Below are positions 26,275 to 40,272 of a DNA stretch of 64,000 bases, piece after piece. A model generated the notes under the pieces. The model was not told where the DNA came from, ran no database searches, and saw only the letters and a list, made by a program, of their open reading frames with translations. The position numbers were made by a program, and so were the translations under genes. Source of the DNA: Octopus vulgaris (Eukaryota); the NCBI GenBank assembly GCA_951406725.2, contig OX597833.1, positions 57,102,001-57,166,000 of the forward strand. Direction: 5' to 3'. Position 1 is the stretch's first letter. The number at the start of each line of letters is the position of its first letter.

Positions 26275-27955
26275 GTGAGGTAACCTCAGCAGGATTTGAA
26301 CTCACAAGTATAAAGGATAATGATTAAATACTTATTACATGGCATTTTGTCTGATGCTCTACCGACTCAACTAATCATCACCATTAACTGTAGAATTAAA
26401 GATATACTTGTCAACCTTCCTCCTCTGGGATTTGAACTCAGAATGTGAAAGAGTGTGGACTAAATACTTACTACATGGCATTTAGTTGGATGCTCTACCG
26501 ACTCAACTAATCAACACCATTAATTGTAGAACTAAAGATATACTCATCAACTTCCCTCCTCTGGGATTTGAACTCAGAATATGAAAGACTGTGACTACTT
26601 ACTACATGGCATTTAGTTGGATGCTCTACCGATTCAACTAATCAACACCATTAAATGTAGAATTAAAGATATAGTCAACCTTCCTCCTCTGGGATTTGAA
26701 CTCAGAATGTGAAAGACTGGACTAAATACTTACTACATGGCATTTAGTTGGATGCTCTACCGGCTCAAACAACCAACACCATTAACTGTAGAATTAAAGA
26801 TATACTCATCAACTTCCCTCCTCTGGGATTTGAACTCAGAATATGAAAGACTGTGACTACTTACTACATGGCATTTAGTTGGATGCTCTACCGATTCAAC
26901 TAATCAACACCATTAAATGTAGAATTAAAGATATAGTCAACCTTCCTCCTCTGGGATTTGAACTCAGAATGTGAAAGACTGTGGACTAAATACTTACTAC
27001 ATGGCATTTAGTTGGATGCTCTACCGGCTCAAACAACCAACACCATTAACTGTAGAATTAAAGATATACTCATCAACTTCCCTCCTCTGGGATTTGAACT
27101 CAGAATATGAAAGACTGTGACTACTTACTACATGGCATTTAGTTGGATGCTCTACCGATTCAACTAATCAACACCATTAAATGTAGAATTAAAGATATAC
27201 TTGTCAACCTTCCTCCTCTGGGATTTGAACTCAGAATGTGAAAGACTGTGGACTAAATACTTACTACATGGCATTTAGTTGGATGCTCTACCGGCTCAAA
27301 CAACCAACACCATTAACTGTAGAATTAAAGATATACTCATCAACTTCCCTCCTCTGGGATTTGAACTCAGAATATGAAAGACTGTGACTACTTACTACAT
27401 GGCATTTAGTTGGATGCTCTACCGATTCAACTAATCAACACCATTAAATGTAGAATTAAAGATATAGTCAACCTTCCTCCTCTGGGATTTGAACTCAGAA
27501 TGTGAAAGAGTGTGGACTAAATACTTACTACATGGCATTTAGTTGGATGCTCTACCGACTCAACTAATCAACACCATTAATTGTAGAACTAAAGATATAC
27601 TCATCAACTTCCCTCCTCTGGGATTTGAACTCAGAATATGAAAGACTGTGACTACTTACTACATGGCATTTAGTTGGATGCTCTACCGATTCAACTAATC
27701 AACACCATTAAATGTAGAATTAAAGATATACTTGTCAACCTTCCTCCTCTGGGATTTGAACTCAGAATGTGAAAGACTGTGGACTAAATACCACATGGCA
27801 TTTTGTCTGATGCTCTACCGACTCAACTAACCAACACCATTAACTGTAGAATTTTGTCAACCTTCCTCTTCTGGGATTTGAACTCAGAATGTAAAAAAAC
27901 TATGACTAAATACCACATGGCATTTTGCCTGATGCTCTACTGACTCAACTAACCA
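26275..27955. repeat. Tandem array, ~13 units of 122-136 bp with dimeric higher-order structure
   Basis: Anchor ctctgggatttgaactcag at 26423, 26559, 26687, 26821, 26949, 27085, 27216, 27352, 27480, 27616, 27747 and ~27869, plus a degenerate first unit at ~26290. Confidence 0.95.
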
Positions 27956-28319
27956 GCAGCACAAGCAATAGGATTAAAGGTGAACTTGTTGACTTTCCCT
28001 CCATTAAGAATGTGCATCGACAACACTTAAGAGACTTTCCCTCTTTCCGGCTTTCAGTTAGTCAGAAGCCCCCTTTTTATTGTTCTGCTACTTTTGTTTT
28101 GAGAACACGAAGCTACAAGCTAAATTGCATAACACTGCAGTCGCCGAACAATGGAGACTGTGCACTGGCAACACAGTGATCAAGATGTCGGGTGCAGTTA
28201 TTGATTTATTTTTAGAAGTAATTTATGCTGCTTTCATCAAATAAAACGAGAGTACATGCGTATGTGCATGTGTCTGTGTGCGCATATGTGAATTTATTAC
28301 ATGAAATAAGCGGAGGAAA

Positions 28320-29791
28320 ATGCAAGCGTGTAAGAAGAGGGTCACATGCATTATTATTGAAATAAAATATTCGTTGAGGTCATTCGGTATGAAAAATCTC
28401 GATTCACAACTGACAAACGCATAATAATGAACCAATGATGGAACCTCTGTGAGGGTGCTTGACTGGCTAGAAATAGCAGCTGAATGTAAACTGATGTTCT
28501 GTCGGTTACGATGATGAGGGTTTCAATTTACATGCAAGCATGTAAGAAGAGGGTCACATGCATTATTATTGAAATAAAATATTCGTTGAGGTCATTCGGT
28601 ATGAAAAATTTCGATTCACAACTGACAAACGCATAATAATGAACCAATGATGGAACCTCTGTGAGGGTGCTTGACTGGCTAGAAATAGCAGCTGGAATGT
28701 AACTGATGTTCTGTCGGTTACGATGATGAGGGTTTCAATTTACATGCAAGCATGTAAGAAGAGGGTCACATGCATTATTATTGAAATAAAATATTCGTTG
28801 AGGTCATTCGGTATGAAAAATCTCGATTCACAACTGACAAACGCATAATAATGAACCAATGATGGAACCTCTGTGAGGGTGCTTGACTGGCTAGAAATAG
28901 CAGCTGAGTGTAACTGGTGCTCTGTCGGTTACGATGATGAGGGTTTCAATTTACATGCAAGCATGTAAGAAGAGGGTCACATGCATTATTATTGAAATAA
29001 AATATTCGTTGAGGTCATTCGGTATGAAAAATCTCGATTCACAACTGACAAACGCATAATAATGAACCAATGATGGAACCTCTGTGAGGGTGCTTGACTG
29101 GCTAGAAATAGCAGCTGAATGTAACTGATGTTCTGTCGGTTACGATGATGAGGGTTTCAATTTACATGCAAGCATGTAAGAAGAGGGTCACATGCATTAT
29201 TATTGAAATAAAATATTCGTTGAGGTCATTCGGTATGAAAAATTTCGATTCACAACTGACAAACGCATAATAATGAACCAATGATGGAACCTCTGTGAGG
29301 GTGCTTGACTGGCTAGAAATAGCAGCTGAGTGTAACTGATGTTCTGTCGGTTACGATGATGAGGGTTTCAATTTACATGCTTGCATGTAAGAAGAGGGTC
29401 ACATGCATTATTATTGAAATAAAATATTCGTTGAGGTCATTCGGTATGAAAAATCTCGATTCACAACTGACAAATGCATAATAATGAACCAATGATGGAA
29501 CCTCTGTGAGGGTGCTTGACTGGCTAGAAATAGCAGCTGAATGTAACTGATGTTCTGTCGGTTACGATGATGAGGGTTTCAATTTACATGCAAGCGTGTA
29601 AGAAGAGGGTCACATGCATTATTATTGAAATAAAATATTCGTTGAGGTCATTCGGTATGAAAAATCTCGATTCACAACTGACAAACGCATAATAATGAAC
29701 CAATGATGGAACCTCTGTGAGGGTGCTTGACTGGCTAGAAATAGCAGCTGAGTGTAACTGGTGCTCTGTTGGTTACGACGATGAGGGTTTC
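28320..29791. repeat. Tandem array of 7 near-identical 211-212 bp units
   Basis: Anchor gaagagggtcac at 28334, 28546, 28758, 28969, 29180, 29391 and 29602. Confidence 0.95.
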
Positions 29792-30357
29792 GACTGATCT
29801 GATCAATGGAACAGCCTGCTTGTGAAATTGATGTGAAAGTGGCTGAGCACTCCACAGACACAAGTTACCCTTGATGTAGCTCTCAGGAGGATTCAGCAGG
29901 ACACAGGGTGTGACAAGGCTGGCCCCCTTGAGCTTCAGGTACTACTCACTTTTGCCAGGTGAGTAGACTGGAACACCGTGAAATAAGGACACAGTGCACC
30001 ACCAGGAATCGAACCCGTGACCATACCATCTTGAACAGACGACCCTAACCACTTAGCCATATGCTTTCTTTGCTGAATCTGAAGAAAAAGATGGCCAGGG
30101 CTGGAATGGTTTTGATCATAGGCTTACTTGGGGTTAAACAACAGAAATGAGCTAAATAACAAAAAAAAAAAAAAAAAGAATTGTGATTTATGTGCATGGA
30201 AAACTTTGTAAGATTAGGAGGGTGGGTACAATCATGACAAAAAGACTCTACTGGTATTGGTTTTCTTGGGCCCCAGTCCCCAAAGGAAAGAAATGCGAGG
30301 TTGGAACTGAGGGAGTTTGAAATTAGACCCCTTGAAATTACATTGAATGCTGTAAAG

Positions 30358-30559
30358 CAGTGCTTTTCAAACTTTTTGCTGGAACGGAACCCCAAGGAAA
30401 CATTCCACTGGCTCGAGGAACCCCTGTGCAATAATTTAATAGTCTTATGCACACATATCTGCACAGGAGAATTAAAAATTACTGCCGATTTTAGCAGTTT
30501 TGCTAACTTCTTGCGGAACCCCTGCACTGTACTGGGGGAACCCTGGTTGAAAACCACTG
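30358..30559. mobile_element. hAT-type MITE
   Basis: CAGTG...CACTG termini with a perfect 8-bp TSD CTGTAAAG. Confidence 0.85.
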
Positions 30560-33500
30560 CTGTAAAGCAATAATAGTTTGGCATTCTACTGTCTTGGCAG
30601 TAACTGTCACTCCATTTCCTACAATGCAGAAATACTGCAGCCAAAGTAGACAAAATCATTTAGAAGTTGATGTGTGTTAGTAAGAATTGTTAGTACAAAT
30701 ATATCACAGAGAGAGGCACACAGTTTCCATTTAAATGTATTTTATTATAAAACGATATTAACATTATTGTACAAAAATTAGGGCTATATATTTTGATACA
30801 CCTGGAAATTGTCAAAGTGATTTTGTTTTGGAACTGTCAGAGGGCGAAGTCAAATTATAATCAGTCTGGTCAAAAAAGTGCATAGCATTTGTAAACTTTG
30901 CACAAAGTAAAATGGAAAAAAAAAAGTCTGAAAAGAGCATTTTTTTTACTCAGTTAAAAATGTTTTGCCTTAAATACTGCTCTCGAGAAGAAATAGATTG
31001 AGGGGAAGAGGAGATTTAATTCAGAGGGATTTTAAAAAAAAAAAATTATGAAATCAAATAAAACATTTACTTTAGACTGGATTAACCTCCAATGTTATCC
31101 AAATTTTTCACTCCAGATGGTAATTAATTATCAAATTAATATTATTTACAATTCTACAAACATTAAAGTTAATGTTACCGGAGAGTGTCAAAATGGAAAA
31201 ACGAAAAATAAACATAAAAATTAATGCAAAATATTTGATTTCTTTTAGATTTCTGACAACATAAAATTCTAATTTATGGCTAAGATGTTATGTTGTCATG
31301 TAATTAACCAGTTAAAAAAAAAAAATTCTCATTACAAAAAAAATGGGGAAAGGGTGGGGACAGTTTCTCTTATTTTTTTTCATTCCAAGTCTCTGCTCTT
31401 GAAAGAGTTTTATATATGGAATAACAATAGCTTTTTTTTTTAGGAAAAATTTTAAGAAAAAAAAAAATCTTTTTTTTTTTGCAATTCTGTTGAGCTAACA
31501 TTGTTAAATATTCGGTTAATGGTAAATGTGTCACAACAAAGCACTTAAGAAATTGTGCTATTAATACAGATAAATCAAAACTAAGTTACTCTTTTTTTTT
31601 TTTTTTTACAGAACATTTTCTTCCCTTCCCATTCACTGACCAGCAGATATTATACAAACTTCCAGGTAAAATTGGCATGTTTTTCTTTTTCGGCACTTAA
31701 TTTATTTCTGTCACAATTGGGGGAGGGGAAACAAAAAAAAAATACACACAAAAGACAATTTATAAAGAACCTCCATATACACTTTTTTGTTTTGTTTACA
31801 GTTCATTGAACACACAAAATGTTTGTTTTTTTTCTTTAATACAGGATTACTTTTCACGCTTGTCGGCTGCGTCATTTTTGCAGTTGTCAGTTTTTTCTCA
31901 ATAAGTGAAATGAATTTTGTGAAAAGTAGGTATGTCTTTCCTATGAAAGCTGGTGGTACATCATCATCATCATCATATATGGAAAGGCCAGATTGATGTA
32001 TATGAGAGAGAGAATGTACAGTTATTAGCAGTCAATGTTGAGCACTGTTGAAGCTTTTATTCATGTCTGTCTGTCTGTCTATGTGGAATGGGTGTAGGTG
32101 CAAACGTAGAAATTGAGCCTGTGGCCACCAAGGGGCACAATGTTACAAAAATGAGGAGGAAAAAAATCAAAGAGAGAGAGAGAGAGACAGGAAAATCTTG
32201 AGCAAAATACTACGAAAACTGATACGGTAAGATGGTTTTATATAACACACACACACACTATATATATAACAGGAACATTTTTGTGTTATTTCTCTTGCCT
32301 CGCAACAAATGGATTTGAAATGACTTTGGAAAGTTTTGGACTGACTCCTTGAACTATTTAAAAAAAAAAAAAAAACCTTTCAGTGTATGTTGACTAAACT
32401 TTGAATTCATTTCGAAAATTGCTATTTGTTGGGTTTCACCTGGCACCTAAACCATTTACAATATATGTAGAACAGAAACATATTTTCTTGTCTTTCCTTG
32501 CAAAATATCCTGATCTAGACAGTGCTATTTTAATAAATATAATAATAATCCTTTCTACTATAGGTACAAGGCCTGAAATTTTTGGGAAGGGGACAAGTCG
32601 ATTACATCGACTCCAGTGTTTCACTGGTACTTTATTGACCCTGAAAGGATGAATCGCAAAGTCTACCTTGGCGGAATTTGAACTCAGGATGTTAGAACAG
32701 ATGAAATTCCACTAAGCATTTTACCCAGAGTGCTAACGATTCTGCTAGCTTGCTGCCTTAATAATAATGATAATAATAATAATAGGTGAATTTACCCAGT
32801 CCTTAAAGCAAAAACCAAAAACAGTTTAGAAACTCTTCTTGCTTTCAATCTAACTAAAATCATTGCCATTTTTTTGAGTTACACAACAGTTCTAAAATGA
32901 GCAGAAATTGCTGCTTTTTCAGAAATTTATAGATTATGAAATAGAAAGTCAAGACCTGTAAACTGTCCTTAATAGAACAAACCAAAATAACAAATAACTC
33001 TAGTCTGTTACGATTTTAGGACCATTTTCAATGAAAATGGGATAAAATAAATAACCTACAAAAGCCATTTTGAATAACACAGTCAACTTGACACAAGATT
33101 GCTAAAGGCAGATGCAGCAGAAAGCATTTTGCATGACATAAATGTCTCAGACAAGCTTTATATTTAACAAGCTAAACCATGAGATGTTGATTGACAGCTA
33201 AGAGAGGTGGGCAGAGATATTTCCCCTTAGGTGATCAGAATTAAAAGATTAACATCGCATCGAGGTTAATGATTGAATTAAGAAGTTATCTATTTGTCAG
33301 TGAAGAGTTTGTTGACAATTTGCCTAAAAAGCTTCTTTGCTTTTTGTTTTTCTGTTACAAAGAGAAAATGGTTTTCAAACAGAAATGTCATCTTCATTTT
33401 TACTAACCAATAATGGCTTGGCTGTGATGGTTTAAACCGGCCACATCTGGCCCAGATAGTCTACTTGTTTTATATTTGAAGTAGCCATATCTAACCTCTC

Positions 33501-35169
33501 AACCTAACCTACATTGACATTCTAAAAATAAGCAATCACATCATTGAAACCTCAAAGCTGTAAGATAATGCATGAGTAATTCAAAACAATTTGAGTGAAA
33601 AAGTATTACAATTAACAGAGTAATCTGAACACCAAAAAGTTAAAACAAACTGAAGCACTAAAGTTTCCTCTGAAATTCTGTATAGAAACATATGAGGCTG
33701 TTCAGCTTTTAAAATAGCCTGAATCACTTTAAAGCTGTTGTAAATTTAGGTTATAAAGAAACTGACTTGTTTCGCTGGCTGAATTCTGAATGTGTTCCTT
33801 GTTAGCAATGACAATATTTTCATTAGCTAAATAGACACTTACAACTCTAATTCATAAATATGTGTTAGACAGGCTGATTGATAGACAGACATGGGAGGAA
33901 AAATGTGAGGTCATAATCTGCATGCCTTTCTCAGGGTCATTAGTTTAGCAATGTAAAGTCAGTTCTTAATTCCAACTGAGAACCAAAATCAAAACCCCCA
34001 AAAAATTGCTTCGCTTTGCTAAGAAGAGCTTACTGCAACTACATAGCACTTGGCGCTTGCCGTACTCACAATTACAATGACGAAAGAATTAAAAACAACA
34101 GGAAGCTTACATTCAAAATAATTCCAAAGTCATCTACGCAATTTCTAACCAATGTTATTATTTATTATATACAAAGGTAAAGGGGGGAAGCTTAGGGTTA
34201 AGGAACAAAAAAACTATTTCACCTACTTGAGTCGGAGGGGTGGTGGTGGTGGGGATATGGTTGAGTGAATATTTACAGGTAAAGGGATAGGGGTGAAAAA
34301 TAAGGCCCGATATGTCCATGTTTGTGGTAAAGTATTATCTTGTTCCTATCCCCCCGAACAGGTATGAAGGGTCAAATGCTATCAAAATAAGCATTCCTCT
34401 TTTAGTACTCAAAATATACACAAAAATAATTCAGTCAGCATCTTTTTTTTCCCTTCTTCTGGTTCTTTTAAAAATCATGAATCTGCTTTGGGAGCTTCTT
34501 TTCGTTAATTAATTAATCAATTATTTTTTTTTTTGAACTTGTGAACTGATTATGAAATGGATTTCTTGTTTGTCACAACTTATATAAAGTATTGGTAATA
34601 ACGACACCTTAATTTTAAGTACAAGAACAGGAAGGGAATTAAGATTGTCTAACAACTTTCATTATGCCTTTCTCAAGGGCATTAAGGAGCCCCAAACTAG
34701 GAACCAAATCTGAGTTACTGAGTAAGCCTGTCTGCTTTACCTCATCTCACCAAGAGCTTTATATCTTGCTCTATGATTTGTACTCTAAGTTTTGGGGTGT
34801 GTATGTGTGTTTATATATGTGTATATATATTACAGAAAATAAGAGCATCATTAATAATTTAGCATATGTAATCCAGAACAAATCATATTCTAATGTAATT
34901 TACAAAACAGTAATTCCAGCAGGTAGATAAATAGCCGAAGAAAAAATGTATTTTAGAAAAAGAACTTTTAAAAATCTGAAATTGCTGTTTGTACCATTAT
35001 CCATGTAACTACATATATATATATGTGTGTGTGTGTATGGTATGTTCTTTATAGTAGAATGGAAGGACACTTAAGGGTAATATTTTTTCTATAGATGTTT
35101 GGTGTTTTTTTTAAATATTGTAAAATATCTGATCGTTCTCCTGCATAATTGTGACCTGTAATATACTTT

Positions 35170-35365
35170 TTTTACTTGTTTCAGTCATTTGACTGCGGCC
35201 ATGCTGGAGCACCGCCGTTAGTCGAGCAAATCGACCCCCAGGACTTATTCTTTGTAAGCCTAGTACTTATTTTATCGGTTTCTTTTTCCCGAACCGCTAA
35301 GTTACGGGGACGTAAACACACCAGCATCGATCGGTTGTCAAGCGATGTTGGGGGGGCAAATACAG

Positions 35366-35416
<51 letters not shown>

Positions 35417-35581
35417 TACGACGGGCTTGTTTCAGTTTCCGTCTACCAAATCCACCCACAAGGCTTTGGTTGGCCCGAGGCTATAGTAGAAGACACTTGC
35501 CCAAGGTGCCACGCAGTGGGACTGAACCCGGAACCATGTGGTTGGTAAGCAAGCTACTTACCACACAGCCACTCCTGTGCC
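35170..35581 (-). mobile_element. SINE family A copy
   Basis: Full-length match to the reverse complement of 44081-44452. Confidence 0.9.
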
Positions 35582-38500
35582 TATGAATATAGGTATAAGA
35601 TATTAAAAAAAAAAAAATCCCAACAAAATGAGTTAAAATCCTAATTCCATATTACTTTATAAATTAACTTATCCAACAGCAATTAAACACTCAACAAATT
35701 AAGTGTTCCGCATAAATTTAACACTTAATTCAAAGAAACTTTGAATGATGTCTGTTGATTAACATGACCCAATTCACATCTAGACAATTATTTGAGGCAC
35801 TTTCATGTCGCATGGCACAACAGATAGCTTGTACCATAAAGAGTTAACGTAATAATTAATTTGCAATTAAAGTTTTTCATAAATAAATCTGATCAAAACT
35901 ACAGGTACACCATTGATTTTCTGGCAAATGATGGTCTGACACCCCTTTCAATCTGGATAAATTACAAGGCGGAAATCCCTATGAAATTTCCACAGCTACC
36001 AGACTAGTTCACTGCATGACCACTGTGGCATTGTGTGTTGCATGTGTTTGAATCCAGATAAATTGTGAAGGGTAAGTTCAAATTCCAGTCTAGTTCACTG
36101 CATGACACAATTGTTGGGTGAACTGTGCATTTATTTGCATTTACTTATTCTGCACTTTTTTGATAGACCCTTTGCTTATTTAACTTTCAGTTACCCTTAT
36201 TTGTAACAGCCATAGTTAAGAGAATTTAAAGCATCAGTGACACCAATTCATAATGATCCAAGGATAAACTTGGACAGTTGAAACAAAATTAAAAAAATGA
36301 ACCGTGGTGTTTCAGTATGTAAATTGTGTGATGTAATTAATAATTAGCGTATAATTATTTCTTTATTGCCAACAAGGGGCTAAACATAGAGGGGACAAAT
36401 AAGGACAGACAAAGGGATCAAGTGATTACATAGCCCCCAGTGCATAACTGGTACTTAACTTATCGACCCCAAAAGGAAGAAAGGGAAAGTCGACCTCGGC
36501 GGAATTTGAACTCAGAATGTAACGGCAGATGAAATACTGCTAAGCATTTCACCCGGCGTGCTAATGTTACAGCCAGCTAAAATGTTACAGCCGCCTAAAT
36601 AATTAGCATTTAATTAAGTAGGTTAGAGGTGTTCTGATAAATTATTATTATTATTATTACATGACCACAAATGGTTAATCCGTCAAGGCTTTGTAACCAA
36701 GGATACCAGAACATCAGTGATGTACCTGCATAATGGTGAAAAGGGTGAACCCCATAATCAATGCCTTCTAAACTTCTCAATCAATACTGTTTGTTCTTTG
36801 ATAAGCTATTGGAATAACTAATAAATGAAATAAGAATTTAGGCCCTTGTTTTTCAAAGACAATATCTACATTAATGTTGGATATTCTTTGAAAAATCAAA
36901 ATTGTTGTACTGTGTGTGTGTGTGTGTGTTAAATGATTTAAAAGAAAAAAAAATTTTCTGAAGTAATTTTATCAAACCATATTGTTAGAAGGGGTGGTTG
37001 GGGAGCATAAGGCAAAATTGGGTCTGGGTGTGTACGGTGTAAAATAAAATATATATAAGGAAAAAAAAAAAGTGAAAATTTGGTTTTCACATACCGAACC
37101 TGCATTCTACTCAAGAAGCCATTACATCTTTTTGAGATCAATTATGCACAGTAATCCAGTCCACAAAAATGTTAAAAAGGTGGGTTTCTTCTTCATTTCT
37201 ATTGAAACTATGAACCATTCAACCAGGGATCAAGTAGATGATGATGATGATGATGATGATAAAAATAACTGATTGATTTATATGTATGTGTGTGTGTGTG
37301 TGTGTGTGTCACTTTCCCAACTCTAGAGTTTGGATGGGGCTAGTCTTGAAGCTGTACAAAATACTATGCCAACACCCCACCCACCATTAAACCAATACTT
37401 TTTTTTAATTAATTAAAGCAAAGGTAGGGTAAAGGGTTTATGGTATAATTGAACTCGCTCCTCCTATCAAAGAAAATCAAATTTAACATTACTTTGACAA
37501 GGATTTTTGTTGTTGTTTGTTTTCACTTTAGTAATTAATTAATTAATTAAGTTATTCAAAACGGTTACAGCCTTCGCAACTAAAGTCCATCAGAAAGGAC
37601 TATTCAGGTTGGATTGAGATAACCGAGCAGAGGGGACGGAAAAGGGGATTGTGATTAGAGCAGCTGTAAGGTCCGATGTTAAATAAGAATTTTTTATGAT
37701 TTAAGAAAAAAAAACAACAAAAAAAACAAAAACTCCCACGAAAATAAGTTTCAGAGAAACGGTAAAGAGTAAATATAAAACCATGAAGATGATATGGAAA
37801 AGCAATGAGAATAGGAAAGTAGTTGAGGAACGTAATGGTGTTGGTGGATAGAATTAGTGGAAAGATAGGGAATATGGGGAAACAAGGTGCCTAGTTTCTT
37901 TTATCAGCAGTATATAGTTATAGGAATGCTATCTGTTGAATTTCTTTGTTAGATACAGCAGTATGCTTGATGCTATTAATGTAAGGATGCTACCTAATAG
38001 AATGTTCATTGCTTTTGTACAGCAGTTAAGTAGGTCATTTGAAAGTTTTAAAAATCCATTAGAATATCTATAAAAAAAAATTAAAAATTAAAAAAAAAAA
38101 AAACTGGATGGCTGGTGACCAGCTGTGGTGATGATGATGATGATGGTAGTGAAAATGAAATTGAAAGTGGTCAGAGAGAATTGATTGATTGATTGATTGA
38201 TTATTAATTATTTTTTTTTTTGTATTGTATGACAATATGTGAACTCTCCTGTTTTGCAAGGAACAATAAAAAAAAAAAAATAATAATAAAAAAACATGTC
38301 AGATGATGTTTTGACGACAAAAGAAGTGAACCATGCTAAAAGTGAGATGGATAGAGGGGAGCTGGAGGAAAAATTTCTTAGAGTCCAAAAAGTTAATTTC
38401 GAAACCTAAATCTACTATCTCCTTGTTGGTGGTAGACTATATAATTCAAAGATGTTTGTGTTTGGTGCTAGAATGAACAAACGGTAGGAAATGAGAGAAT

Positions 38501-38654
38501 GGAATCTTTAATGTTTTCTTCATATTTTCACTTTTAGTCATTTTAAGCAGCACTGGTGGTAGTAGTAGTAGTAGTAGCAGCAGCAGGGGATGTTTTACAG
38601 GAGATGAAATGGCTAATGTAACAATCACAGTAGTAGTAGTAGTAGTAATAATAA

Positions 38655-39100
38655 TGGTTTCAAATTTTGGCACAAGGCCAGCAGTTATGAGGAACGGGCT
38701 AAGTCAGTTACATCAACTCCAGTGCTCATCCGGTACTTATTTTATCGACCCTGAAAGGATAAAAGGCAAAGTCGACCTCGGCAGGATTTGAACTCAGAAC
38801 ATGTAGATGAACAAAATGCTGCTAAGTGTTTTGCCTGGCTTGCTAATGATTCTGCTAGCTCGCTGCCTTAGTAATAATGATAATAACAATCCAGGCACAA
38901 GGCCTGAAATTTTAGGGGGGGAAGGGGACTAGTTGATTACACTGACCCCAGTGAAACACTGGTACTTAATTTCTTGACCTCGAAAGGAAGACAGGCAAAG
39001 TCGACCTTAGAAGGATTTGAACCCAGAACATAAGGATGGACGAAATGCCACTAAGCATTGTGCCTGGCATGCTAATGATACTGCCAGCTCTTCACCTTAA
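38655..39100 (-). mobile_element. Two copies of the older family B variant with ggcacaaggcc tail and (TAA)n flanks
   Basis: Same core as family B. Relatives at ~5262-5470, 9318-9532, 10595-11050, 14900-15060, 20853-21055, 32549-32760 and 44977-45175. Confidence 0.75.
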
Positions 39101-39369
39101 TCATGATAATAATACTAATAGTGATTAACTTTCTCTAAGGACCCTCGTCTTCATCTCTAAACCATCCATGAACAACAATTCTGACATGCATAATAATAAT
39201 AATTGTAATACAACAGCAATCTTCCATACTGGTTGCATTCCCACATCTAAATTTTACAGAATTTGATTGGTTGCTTCAAGTATCACATGGTGTTATACAA
39301 TAGGAAAGAATCGAAGAGTGCGAAAGTTGCAGGAAATCGATGCAGTAAAAAAAAAAAATTAATAAATAG

Positions 39370-39434
<65 letters not shown>

Positions 39435-39581
39435 ACATATAGTAATGGAGGCCAAACAACATCTGGAGAGGTGAAGAATTTTGGAAGATAGTGGGGGGGT
39501 GTTCGACGAACAATATATCATCAGCCAGTACGGTTACGGTACAGTTAGGATGGCCATCAGTGGGATGCAGGTGAAATGACA

Positions 39582-39748
39582 TCATACAATGACTTCGTAA
39601 ATAACCTTTTTAGGTCGTGAAGAGTCTGGTGTGGAGTAGCCACTTTCGCGTCCACTGGTGCTGGTATCCCGTGGCAGACCGTCAGGGTTGAGACTGATGA
39701 AATTCATGTTCCTGGTCGGAGACTGAGGGTGACCATAGAAGTTAAGAT
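39582..39748 (-). CDS. Terminal coding exon of Echinoid-like Ig-superfamily receptor: DLNFYGHPQSPTRNMNFISLNPDGLPRDTSTSGRESGYSTPDSSRPKKVIYEVIV*
   Basis: Acceptor ttcttttgtctttgcag, phase 1, TGA at 39584-39582. The C-terminus resembles the Drosophila Echinoid end (...RVIREIIV, a PDZ-binding motif), recalled from family knowledge; orthology not verified. Confidence 0.85.
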
Positions 39749-40042
39749 CTGCAAAGACAAAAGAAAGGTCTCGTTAGCATTTAGTGTGCCACTTTGTGCC
39801 ATAGTATTATTGAGTCACACATTTACGCTCAGCATCTCCGTCGACCACTGTGTAACAAAATTTTCATTATTTTTTTTTTTTGTCTTTGGTCAGGAAGTTT
39901 CATTTCCTATTTGCCTCTATCTAGAAATCGAAAGAAATGACTACTATTCCCTTCACAAACTTTGCTTCTGTGTTTTCGAACTGACCTGTTTCCCGTTGCA
40001 TTTAGACAGATTCAGTACTGAGTTGCTAAAGCAGAAATATCC

Positions 40043-40272
40043 GTTTCTTTATTACCCACAAGGGGCTAAACATAGAGGGGACAAACAAGGACAGACAAAC
40101 GGATTAAGTCGATTACATCGACCCCAGTGCGTAACTGGTACTTAATTTATCGACCCCGAAAGGATGAAAGGCAAAGTCGACCGTGGCGGAATTTGAACTC
40201 AGAACGTAACGCCAGACGAAATACGGCTACGCATTTCGCCCGGCGTGCTAACGGTTCTGCCAGCTCGCCACC
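40043..40272 (-). mobile_element. SINE family B copy with 16-bp TSD
   Basis: ctaaagcagaaatatc at 40026-40041 and 40281-40296. Confidence 0.88.

Larger units (their letters stand above)
30720..39581 (-). other. Putative long 3'UTR of the Echinoid-like gene
   Basis: Follows the stop codon and is relatively repeat-poor, with many U-tracts and UGUA on the minus strand. AATAAA at 30746-30741 (minus) is followed by GU/U-rich sequence. Confidence 0.45.

Noticed and set aside
26275-29791. CRISPR-like array interpretation of the two tandem arrays
   Set aside because: Units are repeated along their whole length with no unique spacers, there are no cas genes, and the context is eukaryotic.
30045-30659. 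204-aa minus-strand ORF
   Set aside because: Spans a hAT MITE and repeat fragments; no recognisable domain.
39534-39584. Stop-codon readthrough at the terminal TGA
   Set aside because: The context is TGA-T, there are only 15 codons to the next stop, and extension would mask the PDZ ligand; no supporting signal.
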